Assembly: GCA_964016885.1 (NCBI GenBank)
Contig: OZ024741.1
Location: 279,620,001-279,684,000, forward strand
Source: Eledone cirrhosa
Lineage: Eukaryota
DNA: 64,000 nucleotides
Direction: 5' to 3'
In this document: piece after piece, positions 12,115 to 24,019 of the stretch
How positions within the stretch are numbered: the stretch's first letter is position 1
Layout: each line of letters begins with the position of its first letter
Program-made: the position numbers and the translations under genes
Notes under the pieces: model-generated
Seen by the model: only the letters and a program-made list of their open reading frames with translations
Database searches by the model: none
What the model was told of the DNA's origin: nothing

Positions 12115-14957
12115 ATACATCTGTTTAACTCCTACGTCAGAAGCATCGACCCTGACTTCATCACAGTTATGGAAAGCTGGGCACATTCCTTACTCTGTGA
12201 TGGGGTTTTCAGCATTACTGGGTACAACCTTTTCCGCAAGGACCGCATTAATGCCCGTGGTGTGATGGTCTACGTTCGTTCAAACTTTTCGATAATTCCT
12301 TGCGTTGATTTGAACGAATCACAAGAAGTTTTTTTTTGTGACATACGTATGACCATGTCAACACTTCTGCTTGGTGTTGTTTATTGCCCCCCAAACTACC
12401 ATCAGGACACACAGCTTTGCGATATCCTCAGCTGCTGCTGCCAGGAAAACAGCCACTTATGTGTTTATTGCAGGTGACTTCAATCATCCTGAGTTCGATT
12501 GGGAAACATTTCGTTGGCCACAAAGTGTAAACGATTTCCTTGAGCTAGTGCTGAACTCAAACTGGTCACAAGTAGTCACCTCTCCAACAAGAGGTGACAA
12601 CACTTTGGACCTGATCTTCACCACTACTCCTGAAGTGATTATCAGTTGTACTACTGAGGAACCTCTAGGCGACTCTGATCATGCTATGATCATTGCCAAT
12701 CTGGCTCTTGCGGGCAGCAATAAAAACCAGAACCATCTCCAATCTGCTTGCTTTGATTGGAAGAAAGCAGATTGGAACTTGTACTGCACTGAGCTACAGC
12801 GCCCAAACTGGCATGAGTTCTATAACTCTGGAGATGTGAACACTATACTCCAGAGCATCCTGGACTCAATATGGATAGCGTGTGCAGCAAAAGTGCAATT
12901 TGGGAAACTTCAGCGGTCCGACTTGCCAGGAAAGAACATCGGAACGCTGAACGGGAATATAAACTGCATAAATCAGATGCCAACAGAAGAAAGCGGAATA
13001 AATCTTCTAACCATCTCAAGCAAGTGACAAAGAAGGCAGTGCTTGAATTTGAACAGTGCATAGCAACCAATCCTGACAGTAAGGTGTTCTGGAAATATGT
13101 TCATTCAAAGCAGAGACCTCACTCTCCAGTTGGTCCTCTTCGCAATCCCCACACAAGGCAGATCACTGACGATCCCAAAGAATGCGCAGAACTCATTGCT
13201 GAGTGCTATGCATGCATTTTTACTGTTGAAAACCAGAATGTACCATCTCCACCATCTCTAACATCAAATTCCATAAGAACTATGGAATTTACACCTGCAA
13301 TGTTGCAACGTCACCTTAAGAATAAGTGCAACTATGCCTCCCCTGGTCTTGATGGTGTTACATACCTGCTTCTCAAACATGGCAGGTACTTCCTTTTGCA
13401 CCAGCTTTCTTTCTTCTTTCAATACTGTCTCAACAATGGTGCTACTCCGCAGCAGTGGAAAACTGCCAGTGTCATTCCCCTGTTCAAAAAGGGTGACCGC
13501 ACGTCACCTGTCAACTATCGTCCAGTCAGTCTTACTAGCTGTATTGCCAAACTAATGGAATCCTGTGTCAGAGAAACACTTTGGAACTTCTGGAGCTCTC
13601 ACAGCCTCATCCGGCCCTCGCAGTTTGGATTTAACCCTAACTCCAGCTGCTGTGATCAGCTTATTGAGTTCCTTGAAGACATTACCCGGATCACTGACAG
13701 CGGCTCATGGGTGGATGTTGTTTACCTTGACTTTGCTAAGGCTTTTAATTCTGTGCCACACAAAAGACTTATGGCAAAACTCTCTGCAATGGGTGTGAGG
13801 GATGATCTTTTTAACTGGTTGAAATCCTTCATTCTCAGCCGAAAAGAGGTAGTCACGGTTCTAGGACAGCATTCTTCACCATATAAGATGTCATCTGGTG
13901 TACCACAGGGATCTGTTCTTGGTCCCTTTTTGTTTGTGGCATATATTAATGACATAGATGCCAACTTAAAGAATGCCACGGTACTGAACTATGCAGATGA
14001 CATCAAGCTGTACCTTGAAATCAAAAGGACGGATCCTGAAATCTACAACTCCTTCCTACAATCAGACCTGGACACAATGCAGCAATGGATCACAGACTGG
14101 CAACTGAAGCTGGCTGTGGACAAGTGTACAACCATGCATTTTGGGAGGAAAAATCCAGCGTCCACATACTCCCTCCACAACACTGATATCAAGAAGTCCT
14201 CTTGTGAACGTGACCTGGGCATTACTGTCAGCAACGATTTGCGTTGGACAAAGCATGTCTCTAAGATTGTCAAGAAGGCCGAGGGTGTCTTGGCATCACT
14301 CAGCCACACCTTTGTTAGCCGCTCTCCAGCCATCTATTTAAAGCTGTATACAGCTATGGTACGACCACACTTGGAATTCGCATCATCAGTCTGGAACCCC
14401 TATCTTGTTCAGAACATTGACCTCCTGGAAACTGTTCAGAGATGTGCAACCAAGCGCATACCCTCCATCAAATACGTACCATACTCTGAACGCCTTGCTT
14501 CCCTAGGCATGGATTCATTGAAGCTCCGACATCTGACAATGGACTTGGTAAACACCCACAAAGTTATTAACCATCTCGCCAACAACAACCCTGAGCACCT
14601 TTTTGATCTCCATGTGTCTAACACATGTGGACATGCCTACAAAATCAGAAAACAGCACAGCTCCCATGACTTTCGGAAACATTTTTCACACTCAGAGTTG
14701 CTGAAGAATGGAACAAACTGCCTGCGTCAGTTGTTAGCTGCCGAGACACTGCATCCTTTAAAACCCTCATGCTTCCCGAAATACGCCAAAACTACACCTG
14801 ATGTACCCCTTCCATACACATGCACACATGTGTATATCATGACTCATGCACTGTTCATTTTCCTGACGTTTGTACATTACCCTATGTACTATGCATACAC
14901 TTTTTGATGAGTTGTAGTGCACCTGAGCACTGTACACAATATTTCATTATTATTATT
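12115..14957 (+). mobile_element. CR1-clade LINE, 5'-truncated ORF2 (AP endonuclease + RT), frameshifted
   Basis: EN motifs ITVMESW, GYNLFRKDR, GDFNHP, PTRGDNTLDL and SDH. RT motifs NYRPVSLT, YLDFAKAF, GVPQGSVLGP, YADD and ERDLG. CR1-type C-terminus (VRPHLEF, YSERL). (TTA)n tail at 14946-14957. Confidence 0.92.
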
Positions 14958-15264
14958 TACTGAAATTATTATTTCATTAAAATGGATATATAACAACAAA
15001 AAGTTATTATATAAAATTATGTTGGAAGATATTCATTGAAATATAAACCTTTTAAAATGGGTGGTTTTGTTCCATAGAACCAAAGCTGGTTTTTAGTGAG
15101 TTGGTAGCAGTTCCTATCATAAGAATATAAAGACAACATTGTAAGGGAGAGGTATCAGTCATCTCCAATCAATTTATGTAATACATTAATAGGAAAATGA
15201 CTGTTAACATACTTGACGTAGTAAGCTAAGAAACTGGAGTGCACTTCATTCTTTGCAAAGTGTG

Positions 15265-15612
15265 TGGAAGGTGGCCATCCACAAGGACACAAAAACAAGG
15301 GTGTTTCTGTATAGAAATGATCCTTCTGTATGGTTTGGAGTTGTGGACGTTGAAAACTGTTTGCTGCAAGAGACTCAATGGTACATACACCAGAATGCTA
15401 TGCTCAGCATAGAACATCTGGAGATGTCATCCAACAAACAAGTCTGTATGAATCTCTGATATGAGACGTAATTGTCTGGTCCATGCTGGCCATGTCACTC
15501 ACCATGATAAACCTGCTGAAAGGTTACTCTTCTGGACTCCAGATGCTAAGAGATGAGTTGGCCAACTGTATATCACCTTGAAATCAATCAGTGAGATGGG
15601 CACAGGCCTCAA
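15265..15612 (+). mobile_element. Decayed RTE-group LINE 3' fragment (paralog at 44420-44830)
   Basis: Remnants of KxRVF..C(I)E.ILLYG..W and RML...NISW..HP.N; aligns by eye with 44420-44830. Confidence 0.55.
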
Positions 15613-15747
15613 AGTCAGTGGTTCAAAGAGTTATCGTCATTGTTATTAACAATTTTTCTATAATAAACATATTGAAATAAACATATAGAAATAAGCTTAT
15701 AGAAATATTGTTAATAACAATGACAATAACTCATTGAACCACTGACT
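15613..15747. repeat. Long inverted repeat/hairpin (~50-bp arms, ~35-nt loop)
   Basis: agtcagtggttcaaagagttatcgtcattgttattaacaat... versus ...attgttaataacaatgacaataactcattgaaccactgact. Confidence 0.85.
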
Positions 15748-15806
15748 CTGTATCTTTCAAACCATTTTTTGATATGGTTTATTAACTGTTAAATCAGAAA
15801 CTCCTA

Positions 15807-16137
15807 ATCATCATCATCATTTCATTTTATGTCCGCTTTTCCCTGCTTGCAAGGGCGAGACGGGAACTGATTCTGGCTTGATTTCTACAGCTGGATGCCC
15901 TTCCTAACACCAACCTCATTTACAGTGAGTGCTGGGTGCTTTTTTGCCGTGGCACCTCCACGACCATTTTGCAGTGGAATGATATGGACCCCAATCCTAT
16001 CATCTCATTTCTACAGCTGAGTAAACTGGAGCAATGTGAAATAAAGTGTCTTGCTCAAGGAAACAACACATCACCTGGTCTGAGAATTGAACTCACAACC
16101 GTTCGATTGTAAGCCCAATGCTCTAACCACTAAGCCT
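15807..16137 (-). mobile_element. RTE-tail repeat (15807-15980) abutting a tRNA-derived SINE head (15990-16137)
   Basis: (CAT)n tail plus 'tttctacagctggatgcccttcctaac'. Then 'ctcatttctacagctgagtaaactggagcaatgtgaaataaagtgtcttgctcaagg...gaattgaactc...ctaaccactaagcc', the reverse complement of a tRNA-like head with A/B boxes. Related copies at 16530-16634 and 48945-49140. Confidence 0.65.
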
Positions 16138-16281
16138 TCATATATATATTTCTTTCACACTGCCATATTTTGAGCTGTTTTTATGAATGTTAAATTTATA
16201 TTTTTATTGTGATATCTTAATGAGTGATTTATGTTTTATTTATTCTAAATATTATTTTGAGTGGATTGTATGAGCATTTTA

Positions 16282-16371
16282 ATAAACTCCGACAACACCC
16301 GTGGTATACTTACTAGTTGCGAATTATTAAACAAAATAGTGTAATCTGAGTAGAAACAATTGTCAGTTTAT
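16282..16371 (+). ncRNA. Decayed hammerhead ribozyme motif
   Basis: Stem I ATAAACT/AGTTTAT is perfect, the core has degraded to CCGACAA, and GAAA-CAATT-GTC is identical to the motif at ~690. Confidence 0.4.
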
Positions 16372-16665
16372 AAATGCCTTAATTCTTTGGTTTTATATAT
16401 AAACTATATATATTATATATTATATTCAATCCAGAGCCTTTTCACCAGAGGAACCCCTTTCTGATTTTAGTTTTGGTCATGTCAGGGGTGCAGCCGTACT
16501 TACCAAGCTTGGCTAATTGCAGGGAGGCTATTTAACCCATTGCTGGGTAAACTCATTTCTACAGCTGAGTGAACTGGAGCAATGTGAAATAAAGTGTTTT
16601 GCTCAAGAACACAAGGCAAAAATCGAACTCACAATATATATATATACACACACACACACATCTAC

Positions 16666-16706
<41 letters not shown>

Positions 16707-16779
16707 TCTACATATAAATATATATATATGTATATACTACTAAAACTCTGTGATAGTGGGCTTGTCTGTAATTTAATAC

Positions 16780-17047
16780 AGCCAAAATGGCGCATAATGG
16801 GAAAATACTTTGAAAGGAAGTTGCCCCAGAAATGGGAATACGAATGGAATAAAACAAGTTTTGCATAAATCAGAGCACGGGTTCCCGAGATAGGGGTTTT
16901 TCTGGATACTTTCATAAATAGTCAACAGCTATGTGATAACCAATCAGATCGCTAGTGAGCTTACCATTGTTTCATTTCCAAAAAGCCTTAGTGCAGTCAA
17001 GTTAAAGACAGACAGGAAGAGCTCCCACTTTGCTGTGTATAGTAAGT
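16780..17047 (+). promoter_or_regulatory. Possible promoter and non-coding first exon of a plus-strand transcript
   Basis: AAAATGGCG (YY1-like, 16784), AACCAATCAG (NF-Y box, ~16938) and a GTAAGT donor at 17042. No downstream exon identified. Confidence 0.3.
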
Positions 17048-18004
17048 ATTTATATTTTAGCTTTCTTTAAGCAGATAATATTTTGATTATTTAAAAATTA
17101 TTTTTAAGGGAACATGATTTTAAAAAATGTTTTTAAGTAAATATGATTTTAAAAAAATATTTTTGAGTGAATATGATTTTTAAAGAATACTATGTCAGAG
17201 TGTTTCTGAAGGATACCTAGTCAACTAAAAATGTCATCAAAAGCATTCTTTTGAACAAAGTGTAACAGTATAAATATGAGAAAATATTAATTCTGACGAG
17301 TTAAAATGAAAAGAAACACTAAGACAGGTAACAACTAGACCACCCGTGACCCAATGGGTCATTGATGGTCTAGTATCAAATAAGGCTCAGAATTGACCAA
17401 AGGGAAGATCGCAGTAAAGTACTTAAAAATAAAGAAACCTTATAAGCGTCTTACCCCAGAGGTAAACTTCTTGTCAAGTTACCTAAATCTAGAGGGCTTA
17501 ACAAATTTCTCCCCTTACTGCAGTTTCACAAGATAAACTAATAGAATTTGCCATCTCAATCAATTAAGATAATTATTTCTGCCAGAACATGCTTGATCAT
17601 CAGAGAGGATTTCTGTTCCATAGTAAGAGAGATAAGATATATTTACCTGTTGCTGGACACCATGTGAAAGAAAACAAGAATTATTTACTAGTATGTGCGT
17701 ATATGTTTCTCTGTGTGTGTTTAAGTCACTCTTTTATATGTCATAAAGATTCTCTAAATATCATTCACAAACTACAAGGAGTGGCATTGAGGACATTTTC
17801 TAAAACACACACAGCAGCCCTACATATAAACACGCAAGCACAGCATCCCTACAGACACATCCAAGCACCAAACACACAAATCCACAATTATGTCCTATTC
17901 TGACTCAAATCAAATCTATTGTTTTTAAGTATTGTGTGATAATCAAAGACTACTATAGTTGACAGTTGAAATTCTACATAGTTCTCTTGTTGTGTATCAT
18001 CATA

Positions 18005-18265
18005 GTTGATGGCATGTGACCTAGTGATTAAGGGGGTCAGCTTGCAATCATGAGGTGGTGAGTTCGATTCCTGGCTGTGTGTTGTTTCCTTGAGTAAGAC
18101 ACTTTATTTCACTTTGCTCCAGTCTCCTCAACTGGCAAAAATAAGTTGTACCTATAATCCAAAGGGCCAAGGCCAACCTTGTCACACTCTTTGTCATGTT
18201 GAATCTCCCTCAGAACTATCTTAAGAGTGTATATGTCTGTAAAACTCAGCCACTTATACATTAAT
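18005..18265 (+). mobile_element. tRNA-derived SINE
   Basis: A-box-like tgacctagtgatt and B-box gagttcgattcc, then 'gtttccttgagtaagacactttatttcac'. The 3' part is shared with 30640-30735. Confidence 0.7.
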
Positions 18266-18499
18266 TTCAGAAGTAGGCTGTTCCATTGTTCAATGAGAAC
18301 ACTGTGGTGGAAACAACAGTGTTGTTTGGACAGGGGCTGAGGAGATATGTAGGGGTTTGAGAGGTAGATCTGGTGAAGGGTTGGAGTGTAAGGACGTGGA
18401 TGAAAGGTGTGGTATTAGGATGTGAGTGGAGTGTTATGACATGGGAGTTATATGAAAGGGGAGGTGGGGGAAAGTGGTGCATACTAGATGTATGCTTCA

Positions 18500-19240
18500 A
18501 CCTGAGCACATGGGAAGGCAGGTCTTCTGTATTGCTGCATAACACCAGAGATCTGTCTTGTGTCATCGCCTTTGAGAGGTGTAATTGTGCAAGCACAGCT
18601 TTTATCACCTCATCCCAAGTCTTCCTACTCCATAGTTTCCATCAAATTTGAGGACCATGCACCTTTTTATACAGCTGTCATCCTTCATAGGCATCACATG
18701 TCCATACCAACACAATCTCTTCTCCTGCACGTTGCATCTGATCCCTCTTATGCCCAGTTTCTCTCTCAGTTCATTTATGCTTTGCTGTTCATGTATATTA
18801 CTATTACACATCCATCAAAGCATGGAAGCTTCATTTCTTTCCAATCTTCTCAGGTCCTCTGCACACAGTGCCCAGGTCTCACTACCATACAGCATTTGTG
18901 TTTGTATACATGCATCACGCAATCTGCCCTTCATTTTGAGCAAAAAACCTTTTGTAGCTAGTAGCAGTAGTAGCTCCCTGAACTTTCTCCATCCCATTCT
19001 CACTCTGTCTACTGTACTTATGGAACACCCACCTCCACTGCTAATTTGGTCAACTATCAACTATTTCTACTGAGCCCTCTGGGTGCTTAAAGGAGCTAAT
19101 ATCTTGTGGGCTCGTGTTACTTACTGCACCTGTGCAATGACCACATAAAATGCATACTCAAGGCCATTTCCCTGATGGAATCTGGGCCCTGCATTCCTCT
19201 CTACATACTAGGACTTTGGTCTTTGCCAAGTTGACTTTCT
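18500..19240 (-). mobile_element. RTE LINE 3' fragment (PHD-insert family)
   Basis: DQISSGGGC..RVRMGWRKFRELL..KMKGRL.DACI..MLYGSETWAL and RLCWYGHVM; stops and frameshifts. Confidence 0.85.
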
Positions 19241-19309
19241 TCTCTAGTTCTGTCCTAGGGGGACACAGAGCAAACCTTGTTTAGAAATGGCTAGCGAATT
19301 TGAAAATTA

Positions 19310-19990
19310 GGTAGTTACAAGTGCTTACGGGATATTTGACCAAAGATGTGTGTTTGTGACCCATGTACGTCAATACTCATCCTTTTTTCCATTCTGAGGG
19401 TTTTAAAAAAAATCCCAACTAACAGACTTATTTTATTTGCTGCCATTTACAATGTTGTTGGAGGTTCTTGTACTACAGGATTTACTTTTGCACTACTTAT
19501 CACATGTATGATTTCCTTCAGCACTTGATTGTTTCTCCACATGTATCTACCCTTTGCTAGTGCTACTCTTTAGGAGCTCAGAATGTGTTCCACTGTCTGT
19601 CTAGCCTGGCAGAGTGGGCACTCAGGGTTATCTGACTTGCCCCACTTGACTAAATTTGTATTCGAAGGTAGGAGATCATAGACAGATCTGAGGAGAAAAC
19701 TGATTCTAAGAGGTGTCATATGCCACAAGTCATTCTAACTGAGACACTTCTGGAGTGCACTTTCCCATGTCGTCCACTGGCCCTACTGGCTCTACGGAAC
19801 TGCCTTCCAGAGTCTTCTGGGATCCTCTTCCTTCTTTACCTCCTGTAAAGTCAGTCCTCTCCTCATCTTTCCCCTTGTCGCTGACCACCGTTCCATCTTT
19901 GTTACACCCAGTCTTTGCCTAATAGCCTGAGTACGTCCCATTATATCTCTGATCGTAAGGCTTTCTTTTGCTGTATCTACAGACTCTTGG
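19310..19990 (-). mobile_element. Hero-clade (RLE-type) non-LTR retrotransposon fragment
   Basis: The minus strand translates GQWTTWE..DLWHMTPLRISFLLRSVYDLLPSNTNLVKWGKSDNPECPLCQARQTVEHILSS..ALAKGRYMWRNNQVL, which is the Hero-type linker plus CCHC knuckle. Confidence 0.75.
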
Positions 19991-20024
19991 ACCTATGTGC
20001 GTGTGTGTATATATATATATATAT

Positions 20025-21328
20025 TCTAAATTAGAAGAAGACATTATCTTTCATGCTAGAAAAACTTTACTCTTTTCTAATGAAAATATTTGGGTTAAAA
20101 AGTCAAACCCTGAAAACTCTTTTGATGTTGCAATGGGTTCATATGACAGTGCGGATGTGTGTGACTTAGTAGGATTATTCCTTCTCCATACCCTCAAAGA
20201 GAAATTTCTTTCCCATAATATCGGTTTATACCGTGATGACGGTTTGGCAGTTTCTCATACCACCAATGGCCATAACCTTGATAAATTCCGTAAAGATTTA
20301 ATCAATACTTTTGCTAATCTTAACCTTAAAATTACTATAGATACGAACCTTACCAATGCTAACTTTCTTGACATTAATCTGGATCTACTTACCGCCTCTT
20401 TTAAACCTTATCATAAACCTAATGAAAATCTTAGGTATATACACAAAGAGTCTTGCCATCCCCCTATAGTTTTTAATAATCTTATTCCTAACATTAGCCG
20501 TAGGATTTCTACCTTATCTTCGTCTATAGACATGTTTAATAAAGCCGCCCCTTATTATAATAAAGCCCTTAAAAACAGCGGTTTTACAGAACATATTTAT
20601 TATTTACCTACTCCCCCCCCCCTAAAACTAACCACAATAACAGGAAAAGGAAAATTATTTGGTTTACACCCCCCTTCTCTCTAACTGTCAAAACTAATGT
20701 AGGAAGGAAATTCCTTGAACTCTTAGATAAACATTTTCCTGCTAATCATAGATATTATAAGATATTTAATAGGAATGTAGTTAAGATCAGTTACTCTTGT
20801 TGCCCATCTATGAAGTCCAAGATTACTAATTCAAATCATACGAGAACAAATCCAGGATGCAATTGCAGGAAGCCGGATGAATGCCCATTGCAGGGCAAAT
20901 GTAACACCAAATCTGTTGTTTATGAGGCTAAAGTAACACCTTTAATCAACAACCAGCCAGCCAGGAGTGAGTGATATGTCGGCATGACCCAGGACAGGTT
21001 TAAAACCAGGTTTTATGCACATGTCGCTTCTTTTAAGCACTCCGATAAACGAACAACAACGGCCCTCGCAAGTAAGGTGTTGGAATTCAAGGATAAAAAC
21101 ATCCTGTACTCTATCGATTGGTCTATTTTAGACCATTCGAGGGAGTACCAAAGGGGCACAAAGAATTGTTCTTTGTGTACCACAGAAAAATATAGGATTT
21201 TGCTAAACTTGAAAGCCACTTCTGCTTGCCTGAACTCAAAGACCGAGATCTTCAGATGTTGTCCTCATCTGAAATCACATCTGATCTGTAACTGGATTGA
21301 CACTCCTATGATAACTCAACCACCTTGA
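20025..21328 (+). mobile_element. Penelope-like element, Naiad type: RT (5'-truncated) + CCCC Zn finger + GIY-YIG endonuclease
   Basis: ARKTLLF..WVKK..FDVAMGSYDSADVCDLVG, GLYRDDGL, FLDI and HPP. After a frameshift at the poly-C (~20613-20622): RKRKIIWFTPPF..KISYSC, CNCRKPDECPLQGKC, VVYEAKV..*YVGMT..FKTRF..H, CSLCTTEK..LN. In-frame TGA at 20972-20974. Confidence 0.88.
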
Positions 21329-21599
21329 ACTCCTTTCCTGCTCTTTACTTCCACTACGGTTTTTTTACCTGCTGAATCCACATTCTGTACTCTTGTATTC
21401 TCTTTCTCCCTTATCTCCCCTTATATTTTAACCTTTTCCTATGTCATTTCCCCCCCCCCCCCCTTTTTTTCCCCCTATAATTTTTTTTGCCTTACCCTTC
21501 ACATACCAAAATTTTTTTATTTTTTTAGATATTAATTCTTTATATAATGGTTTTGTGTGTTTTTATATAATAGCCTCAGAAAAGGCTTGAGCTCTGCCG

Positions 21600-22247
21600 T
21601 AGGGTCAGACTTTTTCCTATGTGTGTGTGTATATATATATATGTATATATACGTAATTGTATGTGTGTTTATATTTCTGTGGTTGGGTTTTTTTTTTGTG
21701 TGTGTGTGTATGTATATATATTTATGTGTGTGTGTGTATGTATATATGTATAAGGGTGTATGTATGTGCATCATTACATATAGTGATTTGATGATTATTT
21801 TCATTGATCTTTTGCTCCAGGAACTTGTTGAGTGCTCTATGTCTGCTATGGGCATTTATACCCCTTTCTAAATATATATTTTTTTTATTTATTATTTGTC
21901 GTATTCCCAATTTTATATACAATATTTATTTTATAATATTTATGTTCTTTCTCATATATATATATATATATATTGAGTTATATATGTATATGTGTGTGTG
22001 TGTACGTTTGCATACATATGTGTATGTATATATGTGTGTGTAGGTATATATGTGTATGTATGTATGTGTATGTATGTGTGTATATATATATATATATATA
22101 TTAGAGTTAAATAAGGTTCATATGAATTATCTAAGAATGAGTTTTACACACATATATATATATATGTGTGTGTTTGTATTTGGTTATGCGTTTTTGTGTT
22201 ATGTATGTATATGCATGTGTATAATAGTATGGCTATGTATGTATGTA

Positions 22248-22280
<33 letters not shown>

Positions 22281-22900
22281 GTATGTATATATGTGTGTGT
22301 ATATAAGTATATATGTGTGTGTGTGTATGTATTTGTGTATGCGTATGTATGTGTTTATGTATTTGTATATGTATATTTATGTGTAAGAGTGCGTGTATGT
22401 ATTTATTTTTACGTATGTATGTACGTGCATTTGTGTGTATTGCTTACCACGTGTGTTTGTTCATTTATTTGTTGCCTGTATCGCTGTCAACTTTATAATA
22501 GTCTTTATTTTCTTTTTTATATATGTTTTCTTATATTTATTTGCGTGTGTGAATATGTAGAGGTGTGTGTATATTTTTCTATTTTTATGCATGCATGTAT
22601 ATATGTGTGTATGTATGTACGTATGTATGTACGTATGATTGTGTGTATGTATGTGTATGTGTATGCATATATATATATATATTTATATTTATATATATGT
22701 GTGTGTGGTTGTATATATGTATGTGTATGTATGGATATGTTGATATTTATGTGTGTATGTATGTATGTGTATATGTATGTGTATGTATATATATACACAT
22801 ATATATGTGTATATGTCTGTGTGTATGTATATATATATATATGTGTGGGTATGTATATAATTGTGTGTGCGTGTGTGTGTGTTTGCATGTGTGTTTTTAT
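21600..22900. repeat. (TG)n/(TATG)n/(TA)n-rich tract between the Penelope ORF and its hammerhead
   Basis: Low complexity; gives spurious CVY ORFs. Confidence 0.85.
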
Positions 22901-22996
22901 TTTATTTTTCCTTTCTTTCTTCCTTCTCCAGCCTCACTTTCATATAGATTGCATTTTTGTATTTAGAATCCAATATCAATAAATACACCAGGATTT

Positions 22997-23057
22997 TTTC
23001 ATTCTGATGATTGAAAGCAAACATTTTTTGCTTTTAAGAAACCACTGGTAAATGGAA
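22997..23057 (+). ncRNA. Type I hammerhead ribozyme, probably in the 3' pseudo-LTR of the upstream Penelope element
   Basis: TTTCATT-CTGATGA-TTGAAAGCAAA-loop-TTTGCTTTTAA-GAAA-CCACTGG-TA-AATGGAA. 7-bp stem I (one GU), 11-bp stem II (one GU), 3-bp stem III, GUA cleavage site; same strand as the PLE ORF. Confidence 0.8.
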
Positions 23058-23154
23058 TAATTGCCTTATGTTGTTTATTACATAACTATTAAGCTCTGTT
23101 ACCTACATAGAGCATTCTTTATTCCTGAACTTTTCCGACAGAATTACTTCAATT

Positions 23155-23279
<125 letters not shown>

Positions 23280-24019
23280 CACACACATACATTGCCTGAA
23301 CAGATTATCACTTGACTTATAATATAGTATATAACATTTATTTTTATTATTTTTTCAATGTTTTTTAGTGTAATATTGATTTGATTATTTTTGTTTGATT
23401 TCTTTCCTTTTTAAATTATTTTTTTTCTTTCTTATTGTCACTTTTGATTATAAAATCTGTTTTCAAAATAGTTCTATTGATAACAACGCACTAAATTAAT
23501 TTTATCACCTATCATCCCGTTTCACTAACATTAAGTAATTTTTATAAATAAAAACATTTTTTTTCATATTTCTCTTTTTATTTATTTTTTTTTTTTTTTT
23601 ATTATTTTTTTTTTTTTTTTTTTTTTTATGGTTTTCTTTTCTTCTTGTCTCTATATAGAACTCTTTTCAGGTCCTCGTAGTTTATTTATTTGAAAATTAT
23701 TAATATTGTTGTTGTTATTTCTTTGTCTCACAGTGTATTTACTCATCTGTCAAGTCACAGCAAATACCCCAGACAGATAATACTTTCTTTAAAATGTGTG
23801 CAATGCCTAACAAGGCAGATTTTTGTATGATGCCAATCTTGCATGGGATTCCCAAACACTTTAAGAAGTCTTTTTCATTGGGATTGACCCTAATGTCTGA
23901 TCACAACTGGTATTACTTTCACATTGCCATCTCACTTTCAATTCAGACTACTTGGTAATTTTACAACCTCCTTAGTTTCAATATTCATGTCATTTGGTAT
24001 AGCCACGCCAGTGATCTGA

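Noticed and set aside
12871-14907. 678-aa RT ORF as an active autonomous LINE or domesticated gene
   Set aside because: ORF1 and the EN start are missing, there are frameshifts in the EN, the linker and near the C-terminus, and conserved residues are mutated (AFNSV).
18005-18075. tRNA gene
   Set aside because: The A/B boxes are followed by a SINE body and no full cloverleaf forms; this is a SINE head.
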